Part shown: piece after piece, positions 1 to 12,192 of the stretch | Position numbering within the stretch: position 1 is the stretch's first letter | How the letters are laid out: each line of letters begins with the position of its first letter | From: Mytilus trossulus | Taxonomy: Eukaryota | NCBI RefSeq assembly: GCF_036588685.1 | Contig: NC_086373.1 | Location: 10,726,001-10,790,000 of the forward strand | Length of the DNA stretch: 64,000 nucleotides | Direction: 5' to 3' | Program-made: the position numbers and the translations under genes | The notes under the pieces: generated by a model | The model's database searches: none | The model's input: the letters and a program-made list of their open reading frames with translations, nothing else | What the model was told of the DNA's origin: nothing

Positions 1-3000
1 ACCAATGATCTGTTAGGTAATAACCAAGATAAGGCTGTTATTGTACAACATATCTATGATCTGTGAGGTAATAACCAAGATAAGGTTGTTATTGTACAAC
101 ATACCTATGATCTGTGAGGTAATAACCAAGATAAGGCGGTTATTGTACAACAGACATATGATCTGTGAGGTAAACTTGGACTGTTATTGTACAACATACC
201 TATGATCTGTGAGGTAATAACCAAGATAAGGCTGTTATTGTACAACATACCTATGATCTGTGAGGTAATAACCAAGATAAGGCTGTTATTGTACAACATA
301 TCTATGATCTGTGAGGTAATAACCAAGATAAGGTTGTTATTGTTCAACATACCTATGATCTGTGAGGTAACCTTGGACTGTTATTGCACAACAAACCTAT
401 GATCTGTGAGGTAAACTTGGACTGTTATTGTACAACATACCTATGATCTGTGAGGTAAACTTGGACTGTTATTGTACAACATACCTATGATCTGGGAGGT
501 AAACTAGGACTGTTATTCTACAACATACCTATGATCTGTTAGGTAATAACCAAGATAAGGCTGTTATTGTACCACATACCTATGATCTGTGAGGTAATAA
601 CCAAGATAAGGCTGTTATTGTACCACATATCTATGATATGTGAGGTAATAACCAAGATAAGGTTGTTATTGTTCAACATACCTATGATCTGTGAGGTAAA
701 CTTGGACTGTTTATGTACAACATACCTATGATCTGTGAGGTAAACTTGGACTATTATTGTACAACATACCAATACCTTTGATCTGTGAGGTAAACTTGGA
801 CTGTTATTGTACAACATACCTATGATCTGTGAGCTAAACTTGGACTGTTATTGTACAACATACCTATGATCTGTGAGGTAATAACCATGATAAGACAGTT
901 ATTGTACAACATACCTATGATCTGTGAGGTAATAACCAAGATAAGACTGTTATTGTACAACATACCTATGATCTGTGAGGTAATAACCAAGATTAGGCTG
1001 TTATTGTACAACATACCTATGATCTGTGAGGTAATAACCAAGATAAGGCTGTTACTGTACCACATACCTATGATCTGTGAGGTAATAACCAAGATTAGGC
1101 TGTTATTGTACAACATACCTATGATCTGTGAGGTAATAACCAAGATAAGGCTGTTATTGTACAACATACCAATGATATGTGAGGTAATAACCAAGATAAG
1201 ACTGTTATTGTACAACATACCCATGATCTATGAGGTAATAACCAAGATAAGGCTGCTATTGTACAGCATACCTATGATCTGTGAGGTAATAACCAAGATA
1301 AGGCTGTCACTGTACCACATACCTATGATCTGTGAGGTAATAACCAAGATAAGGCTGTTATTGTACAACATACCTATGATCTGTGAGGTAATAACCAAGA
1401 TAAGGCTGCTATTGTACAACATACCTATGATCTGTGAGGTAATAACCAAGATAAGACTGTTATTGTACAACATACCCATGATCTGTGAGGTAATAACCAA
1501 GATAAGGCTGCTATTGTACAACATACCTATGATCTGTGAGGTAATTACCAAGATAAGACTGTTATTGTACAACATACCTATGATCTGTGAGGTAATAACC
1601 AAGATAAGGTTGTTATTGTACAACATACCTATGATCTGTGAGGTAATAACCAAGATAAGGTTGTTATTGTACAACATACCAATGATATGTGAGGTAATAA
1701 CCAAGATAAGGCTGCTATTGTACAACATACCTATGATCTGTGAGGTAATAACCAAGATAAGGCTGTTATTGTACAACATACCCATGATCTGTGAGGTAAT
1801 AACCAAGATAAGGCTGCTATTGTACAGCATACCTATGATCTGTGAGGTAATAACCAAGATAAGGCTGCTATTGTACAACATACCTATGATCTGTGAGGTA
1901 ATAACCAAGATAAGACTGTTATTGTACAACATACCTATGATCTGTGAGGTAATAACCAAGATAAGGCTGTTATTGTACAACATACCCATGATCTGTGAGG
2001 TAATAACCAAGATAAGACTGTTATTGTACAACATACCTATGATCTGTGAGGTAATAACCAAGATAAGGCTGTTATTGTACAACATACCCATGATATGTGA
2101 GGTAATAACTAAGATAAGACTGTTATTGTACAACATACCTATGATCTGTGAGGTAATAACCAAGATAAGACTGTTATTGTACAACATACCCATGATCTGT
2201 GAGGTAATAACCAAGATAAGGCTGCTTTTGTACAGCATACCTATGATCTGTGAGGTAATAACCAAGATAAGACTGTTATTGTACAACATACCTATGATCT
2301 GGGAGGTAAACTATGACTGTTATTGTACAACATACCTATGATCTGTGAGGTAATAACCAAGATAAGGCTGCTATTGTACAACATACCTATGATCTGTGAG
2401 GTAATAACCAAGATAAGACTGTTATTGTACAACATACCTATGATCTGGGAGGTAAACTATGACTGTTATTGTACAGCATACCTATGATCTGTGAGGTAAT
2501 AACCAAGATAAGGCTGCTATTGTACAACATACCTATGATCTGTGAGGTAATAACCAAGATAAGGTTGTTATTGTACAACATACCAATGATATGTGAGGTA
2601 ATAACCAAGATAAGGCTGCTATTGTACAACATACGTATGATCTGTGAGGTAATAACCAAGATAAGGCTGTTATTGTACAACATACCTATGATCTGTGAGG
2701 TAATAACCAAGATAAGACTGTTATTGTACAACATACCCATGATCTGTGAGGTAATAACCAAGATAAGGCTGCTATTGTACAACATACCTATGATCTGTGA
2801 GGTAATAACCAAGATAAGGCTGTTATTGTACAACATACCTATGATATGTGAGGTAATAACCAAGATAAGACTGTTATTGTACAACATACCTATGATATGT
2901 GAGGTAATAACCAAGATAAGGCGGTTATTGTACAACATACATATGATCTGTGAGGTAATAACCAAGATAAGGCTGTTATTGTACAACATACCTATGATCT

Positions 3001-6000
3001 GTGAGGTAATAACCAAGATAAGGTTGTTATTGTACAACATACCCATGATATGTGAGGTAATAACCAAGATAAGACTGTTATTGTACAACATACGTATGAT
3101 CTGGGTGGTAATAACCAAGATAAGGTTGTTATTGTACAACATACCCATGATATGTGAGGTAATAACCAAGATAAGGTTGTTATTGTACAACATACCTATG
3201 ATCTGTGAGGTAATAACCAAGATAAGACTGTTATTGTACAACATACCCATGATATGTGAGGTAATAACCAAGATAAGGCTGTTATTGTACAACATACGTA
3301 TGATCTGGGTGGTAATAACCAAGATAAGGTTGTTATTGTACAACATACCCATGATATGTGAGGTAATAACCAAGATAAGACTGTTATTGTACAACATACG
3401 TATGATCTGGGTGGTAATAACTAAGATAAGACTGTTATTGTACAACATACCTAGGATCTGTGAGGTAATAACCAAGATAAGGTTGTTATTGGTACAACAT
3501 ACCTATGATCTGTGAGGTAATAACCAAGATAAGACTGTTATTGTACAACATACGTATGATCTGGGTGGTAATAACCAAGATAAGGTTGTTATTGTACAAC
3601 ATACCTATGATATGTGAGGTAATAGCCAAGATAAGACTGTTATTGTACAACATACCCATGATATGTGAGGTAATAACCAAGATAAGACTGTTATTGTACA
3701 ACATACGTATGATCTGGGTGGTAATAACCAAGATAAGGTTGTTATTGTACAACATACCTATGATCTGGGAGGTGATAACCAAGATAAGGTTGTTATTGTA
3801 CAACATACCTATGATCTGTGAGGTAATAACCAAAATAAGATTCTTATTGTACAACATACGTATGATCTGGGTGGTAATAACCAAGATAAGACTGTTACTG
3901 TACAACATACCTATGATCTGTGAGGTAATAACCAAGATAAGACTGTTATTGTACAACATACCTATGATCTGGGAGGTAAACTATGACTGTTATTGTACAA
4001 CATACCTATGATCTGTGAGGTAATAACCAAGATAAGACTGTTATTGTACAACATATCTATGATCTGTGAGGTAATAACCAAGATAAGACTGTTATTGTAC
4101 AACATACCTATGATCTGTGAGGTAATAACCAAGATAAGGATGTTATTGTACAACATACCTATGATCTGCGAGGTAATAGCCAAGATAAGGCTGTTATTGT
4201 ACAACATACCAATGATATGTGAGGTAATAACCAAGATAAGACTGTTATTGTACAACATACGTATGATCTGGGTGGTAATAACCAAGATAAGACTGTTACT
4301 GTACAACATACCTATGATCTGTGAGGTAATAACCAAGATAAGACTGTTATTGTACAACATACCTATGATCTGGGAGGTAAACTATGACTGTTATTGTACA
4401 ACATACCTATGATCTGTGAGGTAATAACCAAGATAAGACTGTTATTGTACAACATATCTATGATCTGTGAGGTAATAACCAAGATAAGACTGTTATTGTA
4501 CAACATACCTATGATCTGTGAGGTAATAACCAAGATAAGGATGTTATTGTACAACATACCTATGATCTGCGAGGTAATAACCAAGATAATACTGTTATTG
4601 TACAACATATCTATGATCTGTGAGGTAATAACCAAGATAAGACTGTTATTGTACAACATACCTATGATCTGTGAGGTAATAACCATGATAAGACTGTTAT
4701 TGTACAACATACCTATGATCTATGAGGTAATAACCAAGATAAGGATGTTATTGTACAACATACCTATGATCTGTGAGGTAATAACCATGATAACCAAGAT
4801 AAGACTGTTATTGTACAACATATCTATGATCTGTGAGGTAATAACCAAGATAAGACTGTTATTGTACAACATACCTATGATCTGTGAGGTAATAACCAAG
4901 ATAAGGATGTTATTGTACAACATACCTATGATCTGCGAGGTAATAACCAAGATAATACTGTTATTGTACAACATATCTATGATCTGTGAGGTAATAACCA
5001 AGATAAGACTGTTATTGTACAACATACCTATGATCTGTGAGGTAATAACCAAAATAAGATTGTTATTGTACAACATACCTATGATCTGTAAGGGAAACTT
5101 GGACTGTTATTGTACAACATACCTATGATCTATGAGGTAAACTTGGACTGTTATTGCACAACATACCTATGATATGTGAGGTAATAGCCAAGATAAGGCT
5201 GTTATTGTACAACATACCTATGATATGTGAGGTAATAGCCAAGATAAGGCTGTTATTGTACAACATACCTATGATCTGTGAGGTAATAACCAAGATAACG
5301 ATGTTATTGTACAACATACCTATGATCTGTGAGGTAATAACCAAGATAAGGCGGTTATTGTACAACAGACATATGATCTGTGAGGTAATAACCAAGATAA
5401 GACTGTTATTGTACAACATACCTATGATCTATGAGGTAATAACCAAGATAAGGATGTTATTGTACAGCATACCTATGATCTGTGAGGTAATAACCAAGAT
5501 AAGACTGTTATTGTACAACATACCTATGATCTGTGAGGTAATAACCAAGATAAGGCTGTTATTGTACAACATACCTATGATCTGTGAGGTAATAACCAAG
5601 ATAAGGCTGTTATTGTACAACATACCTATGATCTGTGAGGTAATAACCAAGATAAGACTGTTATTGTACAACATACCTATGATCTGTGAGGTAATAACCA
5701 AGATAAGGCTGCTATTGTACCACATACCCATGATCTATGAGGTAATAACCAAGATAAGGCTGTTATTGTACAACATACCTATGATCTGTGAGGTAATAAC
5801 CAAGATAAGACTGTTATTGTACAACATACCAATGATCTGTTAGGTAATAACCAAGATAAGGCGGTTATTGTACAACATACATATGATCTGTGAGGTAAAC
5901 TTGGACTGTTATTGTACAACATACCTATGATCTGTGAGGTAATAACCAAGATAAGGCTGTTATTGTACAACATACCTATGATCTGTGAGGTAATAACCAA

Positions 6001-6467
6001 GATAAGGCTGTTATTGTACAACATATCTATGATCTGTGAGGTAATAACCAAGATAAGGTTGTTATTGTTCAACATACCTATGATCTGTGAGGTAACCTTG
6101 GACTGTTATTGCACAACAAACCTATGATCTGTGAGGTAAACTTGGACTGTTATTGTACAACATACCTATGATCTGTGAGGTAAACTTGGACTGTTATTGT
6201 ACAACAAACCTATGATCTGTGAGGTAAACTTGGACTGTTTATGTACAACAAACCTATGATCTGTGAGGTAAACTTGGACTGTTTATGTACAACATACCTA
6301 TGATCTGTGATGTAAACTTGGACTGTTATTGTACAACATACCAGTACCTTTGATCTGTGAGGTAAACTTGGACTGTTATTGTACAACATACATATGATCT
6401 GTGAGGTAATAACCAAGATAAGACTGTTATTGTTCAACATACCTATGATCTGTGAGGTAAACTTGGA
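1..6467. repeat. Tandem satellite of mixed 51-bp and 44-bp units (roughly 125-130 units; continues past the left edge), lying in an ALG12 intron
   Basis: Units aataaccaagataaggctgttattgtacaacatacctatgatctgtgaggt (51 bp) and aaacttggactgttattgtacaacatacctatgatctgtgaggt (44 bp). The last unit overlaps the 3' 25 nt of the ALG12 exon. Confidence 0.99.
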
Positions 6468-6575
6468 AAACTGCATGTAGTCCAATAAATAGATGAAGGG
6501 TGAAGATGCAACAGCTATTGTAATTGGTCCAATAAATGTTCTAGGTACAACTCCTGGAAACTCCAAATGATCATA
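6443..6575 (-). CDS. ALG12: ALG12 alpha-1,6-mannosyltransferase, coding exon 2 (133 nt, ends in phase 1)
   Basis: tttag acceptor, then [44 protein letters not shown]+G, then GTATGT donor. [14 protein letters not shown] is the ALG12 family signature. Confidence 0.95.
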
Positions 6576-6930
6576 CTAAACAAAACAAAATATACATGTA
6601 ACCAACAGGTTTAACAAATTTGTATTTATCAAATCTCTAGTAACTATGTCTTCCCCTTGCTATATGTAGTTTAGTTTGTAACCTGTAATTATCAGCCTAA
6701 TGGTGAGGAGGAAAAGATATTGAAAATGGATACTAGTTGATAATATCATTGATTATATCACAATGTTATGATCTTTTACACACAGGCTTAGTTTTCTCAT
6801 TTGAATTGTTTTACATTATCATATCAGGGCTTTTTATAGCTGACTATGGGGTATGGGCTTTGCTCATTGTTGAAGGCCGTATGGTGACCTTTTTGTGTCA
6901 TTTTGGTCTCGTGTGGACAGTTGTCTCATT

Positions 6931-9868
6931 CACAGTGTAGATACTATTCTGTACGCTATCCGGAAGTCGCGATTTTCGAAGCGAGAACTTTTTGGATCAC
7001 ATTCTAAATTTGTTGGATATACTATATTAAAAGGTAAGATGTTCATCTGTACATTGCTTAATGATTAATTCAGCTGACATCGATATTCACAAATGGTTTA
7101 TAATTAAATTTAGCACATTCATTATTCGTATCTTTGCCTTAATCAAGAGATTTTAAAGTGCATCACTAAGGAAAATCAGTCGGTGAACCTAAAAACAATC
7201 TTTTTGCATCTACTGTACAAATTAACGTAAAACCCAGACTTAATTAACTAAATAAAGTATATTTTAAGTGGTGGTAAAAGTTTCAGTCAGATCTTTGAAG
7301 CCAGAAATAAGAAAATTACACTTGTTTGAATTTCTCACTGTACGATCAGTCTCGCTTGTATATTTTGAAACTGTATGATCAGTCGTTATTTCACTGTATT
7401 CTAGTGGTGATTTCAAAGTTATTTACGATACATTAGAAGGGGACAATTTTTATAAATAACACAAATATATTTCAATAAATTCACATCCTGAAAACTTATG
7501 AATCATGTTTAAGCTTGATAGGGTGTACTCGACTTACTTCATTAAGTATAAGGATGTTTGAATGTTGCTGAAATAAGAGGAAGGTTCGTTTGTTTAAATA
7601 AGTTCCAGAAATGTCCTCCATTATACTTAAAATTGTACAAACACACAGATTTAATTGTTATACAAACATTCGAGGCCGTACTGTAGCCTATAATTGATCA
7701 CAGTTCCTTCACTTTGTTTTGGATGTAGATCTGTCTCTTTGACACGCAATTGTACACCTCTTTGTAAAGCGGTGGTTTATAGTAATAATGAAGTCCGTCT
7801 TTCCGTTAGTCTGTTGGACCAGTACAACATGTTTCGCGGTTTTGTAAGCGCATCTCCTATAAACCACTTAATATACATTGGGGTTTCCAGACATTTTTAA
7901 ATGGAGAGGGTGTCCAATCCAGGAGAATAGAGGATTACAAATATATGTTCACATACAAATGCATTGAAAGTTAAAAATGAGTTTCAAACCGCCGGATCCC
8001 AATTGTCAATAAAAGACCCCGAAATGACAATGTTAAACAATTCAAACGAGAAAATTAACGGCCTTATTTATATATAAAAAAAGGAATGTATTTTGAATTT
8101 TATTAAAAATCTTTTATGGGGTTTCTTTGTATAAGATACGGACTTGAACATTGCATTATATGGGGGCACCCAGAAGGTATTTCCAACCGTCACCCCCAAA
8201 ACCAATTGTTAAACTTTTCTAAAATTGCTCCATTTTTAATCAATTAATGTATTATGGACCTTCTATTTCGATTTTTTGGTTAAAATATTTTTGATGTTTC
8301 TATATCTAAAATACGGACTTTGTCATAACCTTATATTGGGCGTACATATTTTATATCCACAACTTCCTTCAGACACTTATCATAACTTAATGAATCTTTT
8401 TCAGATTCCTTATCATTTAATTAAATTGTGCACCTCTTTTTTTATTTTTCGAAAATTCAGCAGTTTTCTAGTTCCATGATAAGGACTTTTCCACTACTTT
8501 ATTGGGTGATACCAATTTACTACACGCAACTTTCAAAAACTTACCATATATTAATAAAACTTCCACATATTCGTTATTGAATGATGCCCCTGTGCACCTA
8601 TAATTTAGTTTTTTTGGTTGTCTATTTTTTTCCAAAACATGGACTATAGAAGTGGCGGGATATAATTTCGTCAATTCTTTGCTCAATACCTAAAGTTTTT
8701 AAACAAAGCTTTCTCTTTCTATTTTTTGTCATTTTAAAAGAGAAAAGCTTGATGTATGTTATCACCAATTGGTCAACGGCAGACGGTGTAAATAGTCTTT
8801 AAAAATGTAATAAATAAATTTTGTGTATTTACTGTCTTCTGATTGGTTAAAATTATTAGTTTTATTTTCAATGTTGTCAATTTTAATGGCGACACGCCCA
8901 CTCTGACGCTGTGTATTCATACGCCAACATGTGTGTACGTTGTTATTTTCAAGATAAATAATATAAAAAGTTCTTTGAGCCTAATTTTTGATAGAAATGT
9001 ATTTATAATGAATGGCTTTTATTTATTTTGAATTTATTGAACCATGGAATGGCATTAATTTATTTTGATTTTATTGAACCATGGTTCAATAAATTCAAAA
9101 TAAATAAAAGCCATTCATTAATTAGTTAAACAGATTACTGCAACGACACACTAATACAAAGTCCACAAGCGAATCATGTATCGCTTTTTAGGTATTTGAT
9201 TTTAAATAAGACTGACGGAACAAAATATAATTATTTTGCCGTCTACAAAAATCATCAGAAATATATTTGTATTGTCTGATGAAAGAAATTACACGTTATA
9301 GTTCCATGGACACAATCATAATATCACATAGACACGTATATACCTTCAAATTGCCTTTGTTTTTTCTCTTCAAAATCACGACTGGTCATACAGACAAAAA
9401 TTATGAAATCGCTACTAGAATACAGTTACTTTTAGACTGATCGTACAGTAATTTATTTTGGGATCCTCACGGAAAGCATATTTTTTATTTGAAATACGAA
9501 CATTCTACTTATATACGGTAAGAATATTGAAACAGTATATATTTAACTGTAAACTGATGCAAATATTTGCAATAAAAGATCATTTGCTTTGTACTACGGG
9601 AGCAAAATTGTCCATCGATTCCACTTTTTTCAATGAAGTTGGTGTGATGCACACGTATATTATATATTCTACTGCATGTTTTTGTTACAGTTACTAATAT
9701 TTACGATGCTATACATACATTTAAGATGTGCAAAACACTTTATAGATATAGGAGTAAACAAATGATGAGAAAATGCACCAAAACAAAACCGTTCTGTTAG
9801 CCAGTTTGAAATCCTCGCTTCGAAAATCGCGACTTCCGGATAGCGTACAGAATAGTATCTACACTGTG
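6931..9868. mobile_element. Non-autonomous Transib/RAG-like DNA transposon, 2,938 bp
   Basis: Perfect 55-bp TIRs (6931-6985 and 9814-9868) starting CACAGTG; 5-bp TSD TCATT (6926-6930 and 9869-9873); no intact transposase ORF. Boundaries are firm; the superfamily is inferred from CAC termini plus a 5-bp TSD. Confidence 0.85.
9006..9120. repeat. 42-bp inverted repeat whose spacer is a partial direct copy of the arm
   Basis: taatgaatggcttttatttattttgaatttattgaaccatgg (9006-9047) and its reverse complement at 9079-9120. Confidence 0.9.
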
Positions 9869-10106
9869 TCATTGGCAATCATACCACACCTTCTTTTTTA
9901 TGTTGATCATACTTAGGTGTATGGAATTAAAGATTGTACAAAAAGGTAAACAGAAAACATTCCAGATATGTTAATTAATTTAAGGATGAAAAAAACAATT
10001 GATGCATCAAATGTTGGTAATAAAACTGTTTGCCTTGTCTATACTTTAACATCTAGATGCTAGTAGATGTAATTACCATGTTAATTATTATTAGTAAAAG
10101 TTTTAC

Positions 10107-10232
10107 CTGGCTGATGTTTACACCATGATACAAAACATCATGCATTGCCTGTACATTAAAACTCTCTTCCACTTTGGTATACGGACAGATCATTAAATGT
10201 ATAACCATGGCAGCAAATAAAAGGGTCTCCAT
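10107..10232 (-). CDS. ALG12: ALG12 coding exon 1 (42 codons)
   Basis: [42 protein letters not shown] followed by GTAAAA donor; [17 protein letters not shown] motif; phase-0 join to the next exon. A ttttccag acceptor 5 nt upstream of the ATG implies an upstream non-coding exon. Confidence 0.95.
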
Positions 10233-11064
10233 CTCTCCTGGAAAAATTGGTTATACTTGTATAAATTTTAAAAAAAATACATATATATACATGTAAGTCA
10301 TAAATGTTGTGTAAAATTCAACATTCTAAGCAATAAGTATAGTAATAGGTCAAAGGCATCTGGATAAGCACTGTATTAAAACTAAGAAAAAATGTAGGTC
10401 TTTCATGATGTAATAACCATATGTTAACTTTTAGCTATTTTTCAGCTCTAAAATATATTAAAGATCCTTTTTTCAGCAGAAAGTGACCTGCTTGTATAGT
10501 ATTTTCTGTTTGATGTAAGCTATGGTCATGATGGTCCTTTTTCTGTTATGTCCGAATTATTATTGTGAAAGTGACAGAAACTGTTCTTAAAAATTCTATT
10601 TCAAAACCAAGTAGCATGAGGTATAATTACCCATAATGTTATTTACATGTATTGGGCCTATGTAGATTACACATCAAAGGGCTGAGATTAAATTTTGGAC
10701 CCATATGATATATGAAAAACTGTATGTACATTTAAGGTTATTAAAGAAATAATTGAGGTCCATTGTAAGACTTCATACAATAACGTGTAGACCTGACCTA
10801 CATGTAGTACATGTAACAATAAAACCCTTGTGAACTCTTAATACTTAAATTATATAATTAATTACAGCGTCGTTTTGTAAATACTATTGTTCATCATTAA
10901 CATGATTAATTGATAGAAACACACAATTGTAATCTATGGACTAAAAAATATGGAAAAATATGTACTACACTGTAGTATGTAAAGCAATAATATGTTTTCT
11001 CTAAAGAGTGGCTGATTTTTAGGGCTGGGAGGAAACTTAGTTTTAAAATGCACAGTACTACTAT

Positions 11065-11675
11065 GTCTTTTCACCACCAAACACCACCGCACACCGCCGA
11101 ACACCACTGAACAACCCAAAAATTAATTTTTACATCTTTTTTTTTTGTTATAACATAAATATATATGTACATGATGTATAAATGTGACCTAAATATAATA
11201 TTTTAAGCTTTCAATTCTACTAATTTAAGATTAAGAGACCAAATATCAACATCGAACAGACAAAGAAAGTCTAAAATATATTAATTCAAACCGTCCACCA
11301 ATGGACACCTCAAATATTTGTTTTCTTCATTTTACTTATTCTTTTATAAAATAGTTATACCAATATAAGAAAAGAGACAATGTTAAAATCCTGTACAAAA
11401 TTTGAATATTTAATATATAAGTATAAAAGTCCGAGGTAATAAATGTCAAAGGATTCTTCACACACAATGTAATCCGGAGAAAGTTTTCTGTATATATATA
11501 TATTGATTATTGACTTTTTCAGAAAAATGATGCACATAAAAATTTAAAAAAATGTAAAATTATATGTAATTTGATTGATTTTATCGTTTTATTGTGTTAA
11601 GTCACTGATTTTCTTAGTGGTTGATGCTTTTTGGGGTGTTTGGCGGTATCCGGTGGTGTGCGGTAGTGAAAAGAC
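11065..11675. mobile_element. MITE with imperfect TIRs of about 40 bp
   Basis: Left gtcttttcaccaccaaacaccaccgcacaccgccgaacacc versus reverse complement of right gtcttttcactaccgcacaccaccggataccgccaaacacc; AT-rich interior; no clear TSD. Confidence 0.7.
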
Positions 11676-11938
11676 CCACCCTTTAAAATGCATTAATTGA
11701 CTTGTGTACATGTGTATGACCTGATTGATTCTCTTGAAAAGTAGATACTTGTCCAGCAGTAAGGCAGCAACCATTTGATTTTCTGGGGGGGGGGGGGGGG
11801 GGTAGAAAACTTGGTTTTTAAATGCATGAAATGTCTTCTTAACGACGTGATGATTGAAATGTGTGACCATATCATTCTGACCATTAAATAGTAGATACTC
11901 AGCTAGCAGTTATGGGTAAAGCTAGGAAACTAAATTAT

Positions 11939-12008
11939 GTTCGCTCAGTCAATCATAGCACTGTCTTGTGTCACAAAGGTCCTGGATTTGAGTCCTGGAT
12001 GGAGGAGA
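11939..12008 (+). pseudogene. Degenerate tRNA-like sequence (tRNA pseudogene or SINE head)
   Basis: A-box-like tcgctcagtc and B-box-like ggatttgagtcc at tRNA spacing; no complete acceptor stem. Confidence 0.3.
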
Positions 12009-12011
12009 CAA

Positions 12012-12192
12012 TAGTCCTATAATATAAGACTCTGGAGGTTCATATCATTTACATTCAACGTTTTTTATCGGATATTTTTTTTTTACTATCAATGTTGAAC
12101 CCCAGATCAACATTGATAGTAAAAAAAAATATCCGATAAAAAACGTTGAATGTAAATGATATGAACCTCCAGAGTCTTATATTATAGGACTA
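12012..12192. mobile_element. 181-bp hairpin MITE with TAG...CTA termini and 10-bp TSD (Academ/AcademH-like)
   Basis: Arms 12012-12098 and 12107-12192 are complementary apart from one homopolymer base; 8-nt loop; TSD gaggagacaa at 12002-12011 and 12193-12202. Confidence 0.85.

Larger units (their letters stand above)
6786..9902 (+). repeat. Abundant interspersed repeat (family A) split by the TIR element; halves at about 6786-6930 and 9869-9902
   Basis: Joining the halves and removing one TCATT restores ...ttgtctcattggcaatcataccaca..., which is intact at about 27416-27450 and 46681-46720. Confidence 0.9.

Noticed and set aside
105-6127. Long ORFs (up to 496 aa) of 17-aa repeats as standalone genes
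   Set aside because: They are a by-product of a stop-free 51-bp monomer, open on both strands and lying inside an ALG12 intron.
1-6467. CRISPR-like array
   Set aside because: The units are head-to-tail with no unique spacers, there are no cas genes, and the context is eukaryotic.
6931-6985. Complete 12/23 recombination signal sequence
   Set aside because: The heptamer is present but there is no nonamer at 12- or 23-bp spacing, and both ends are identical.
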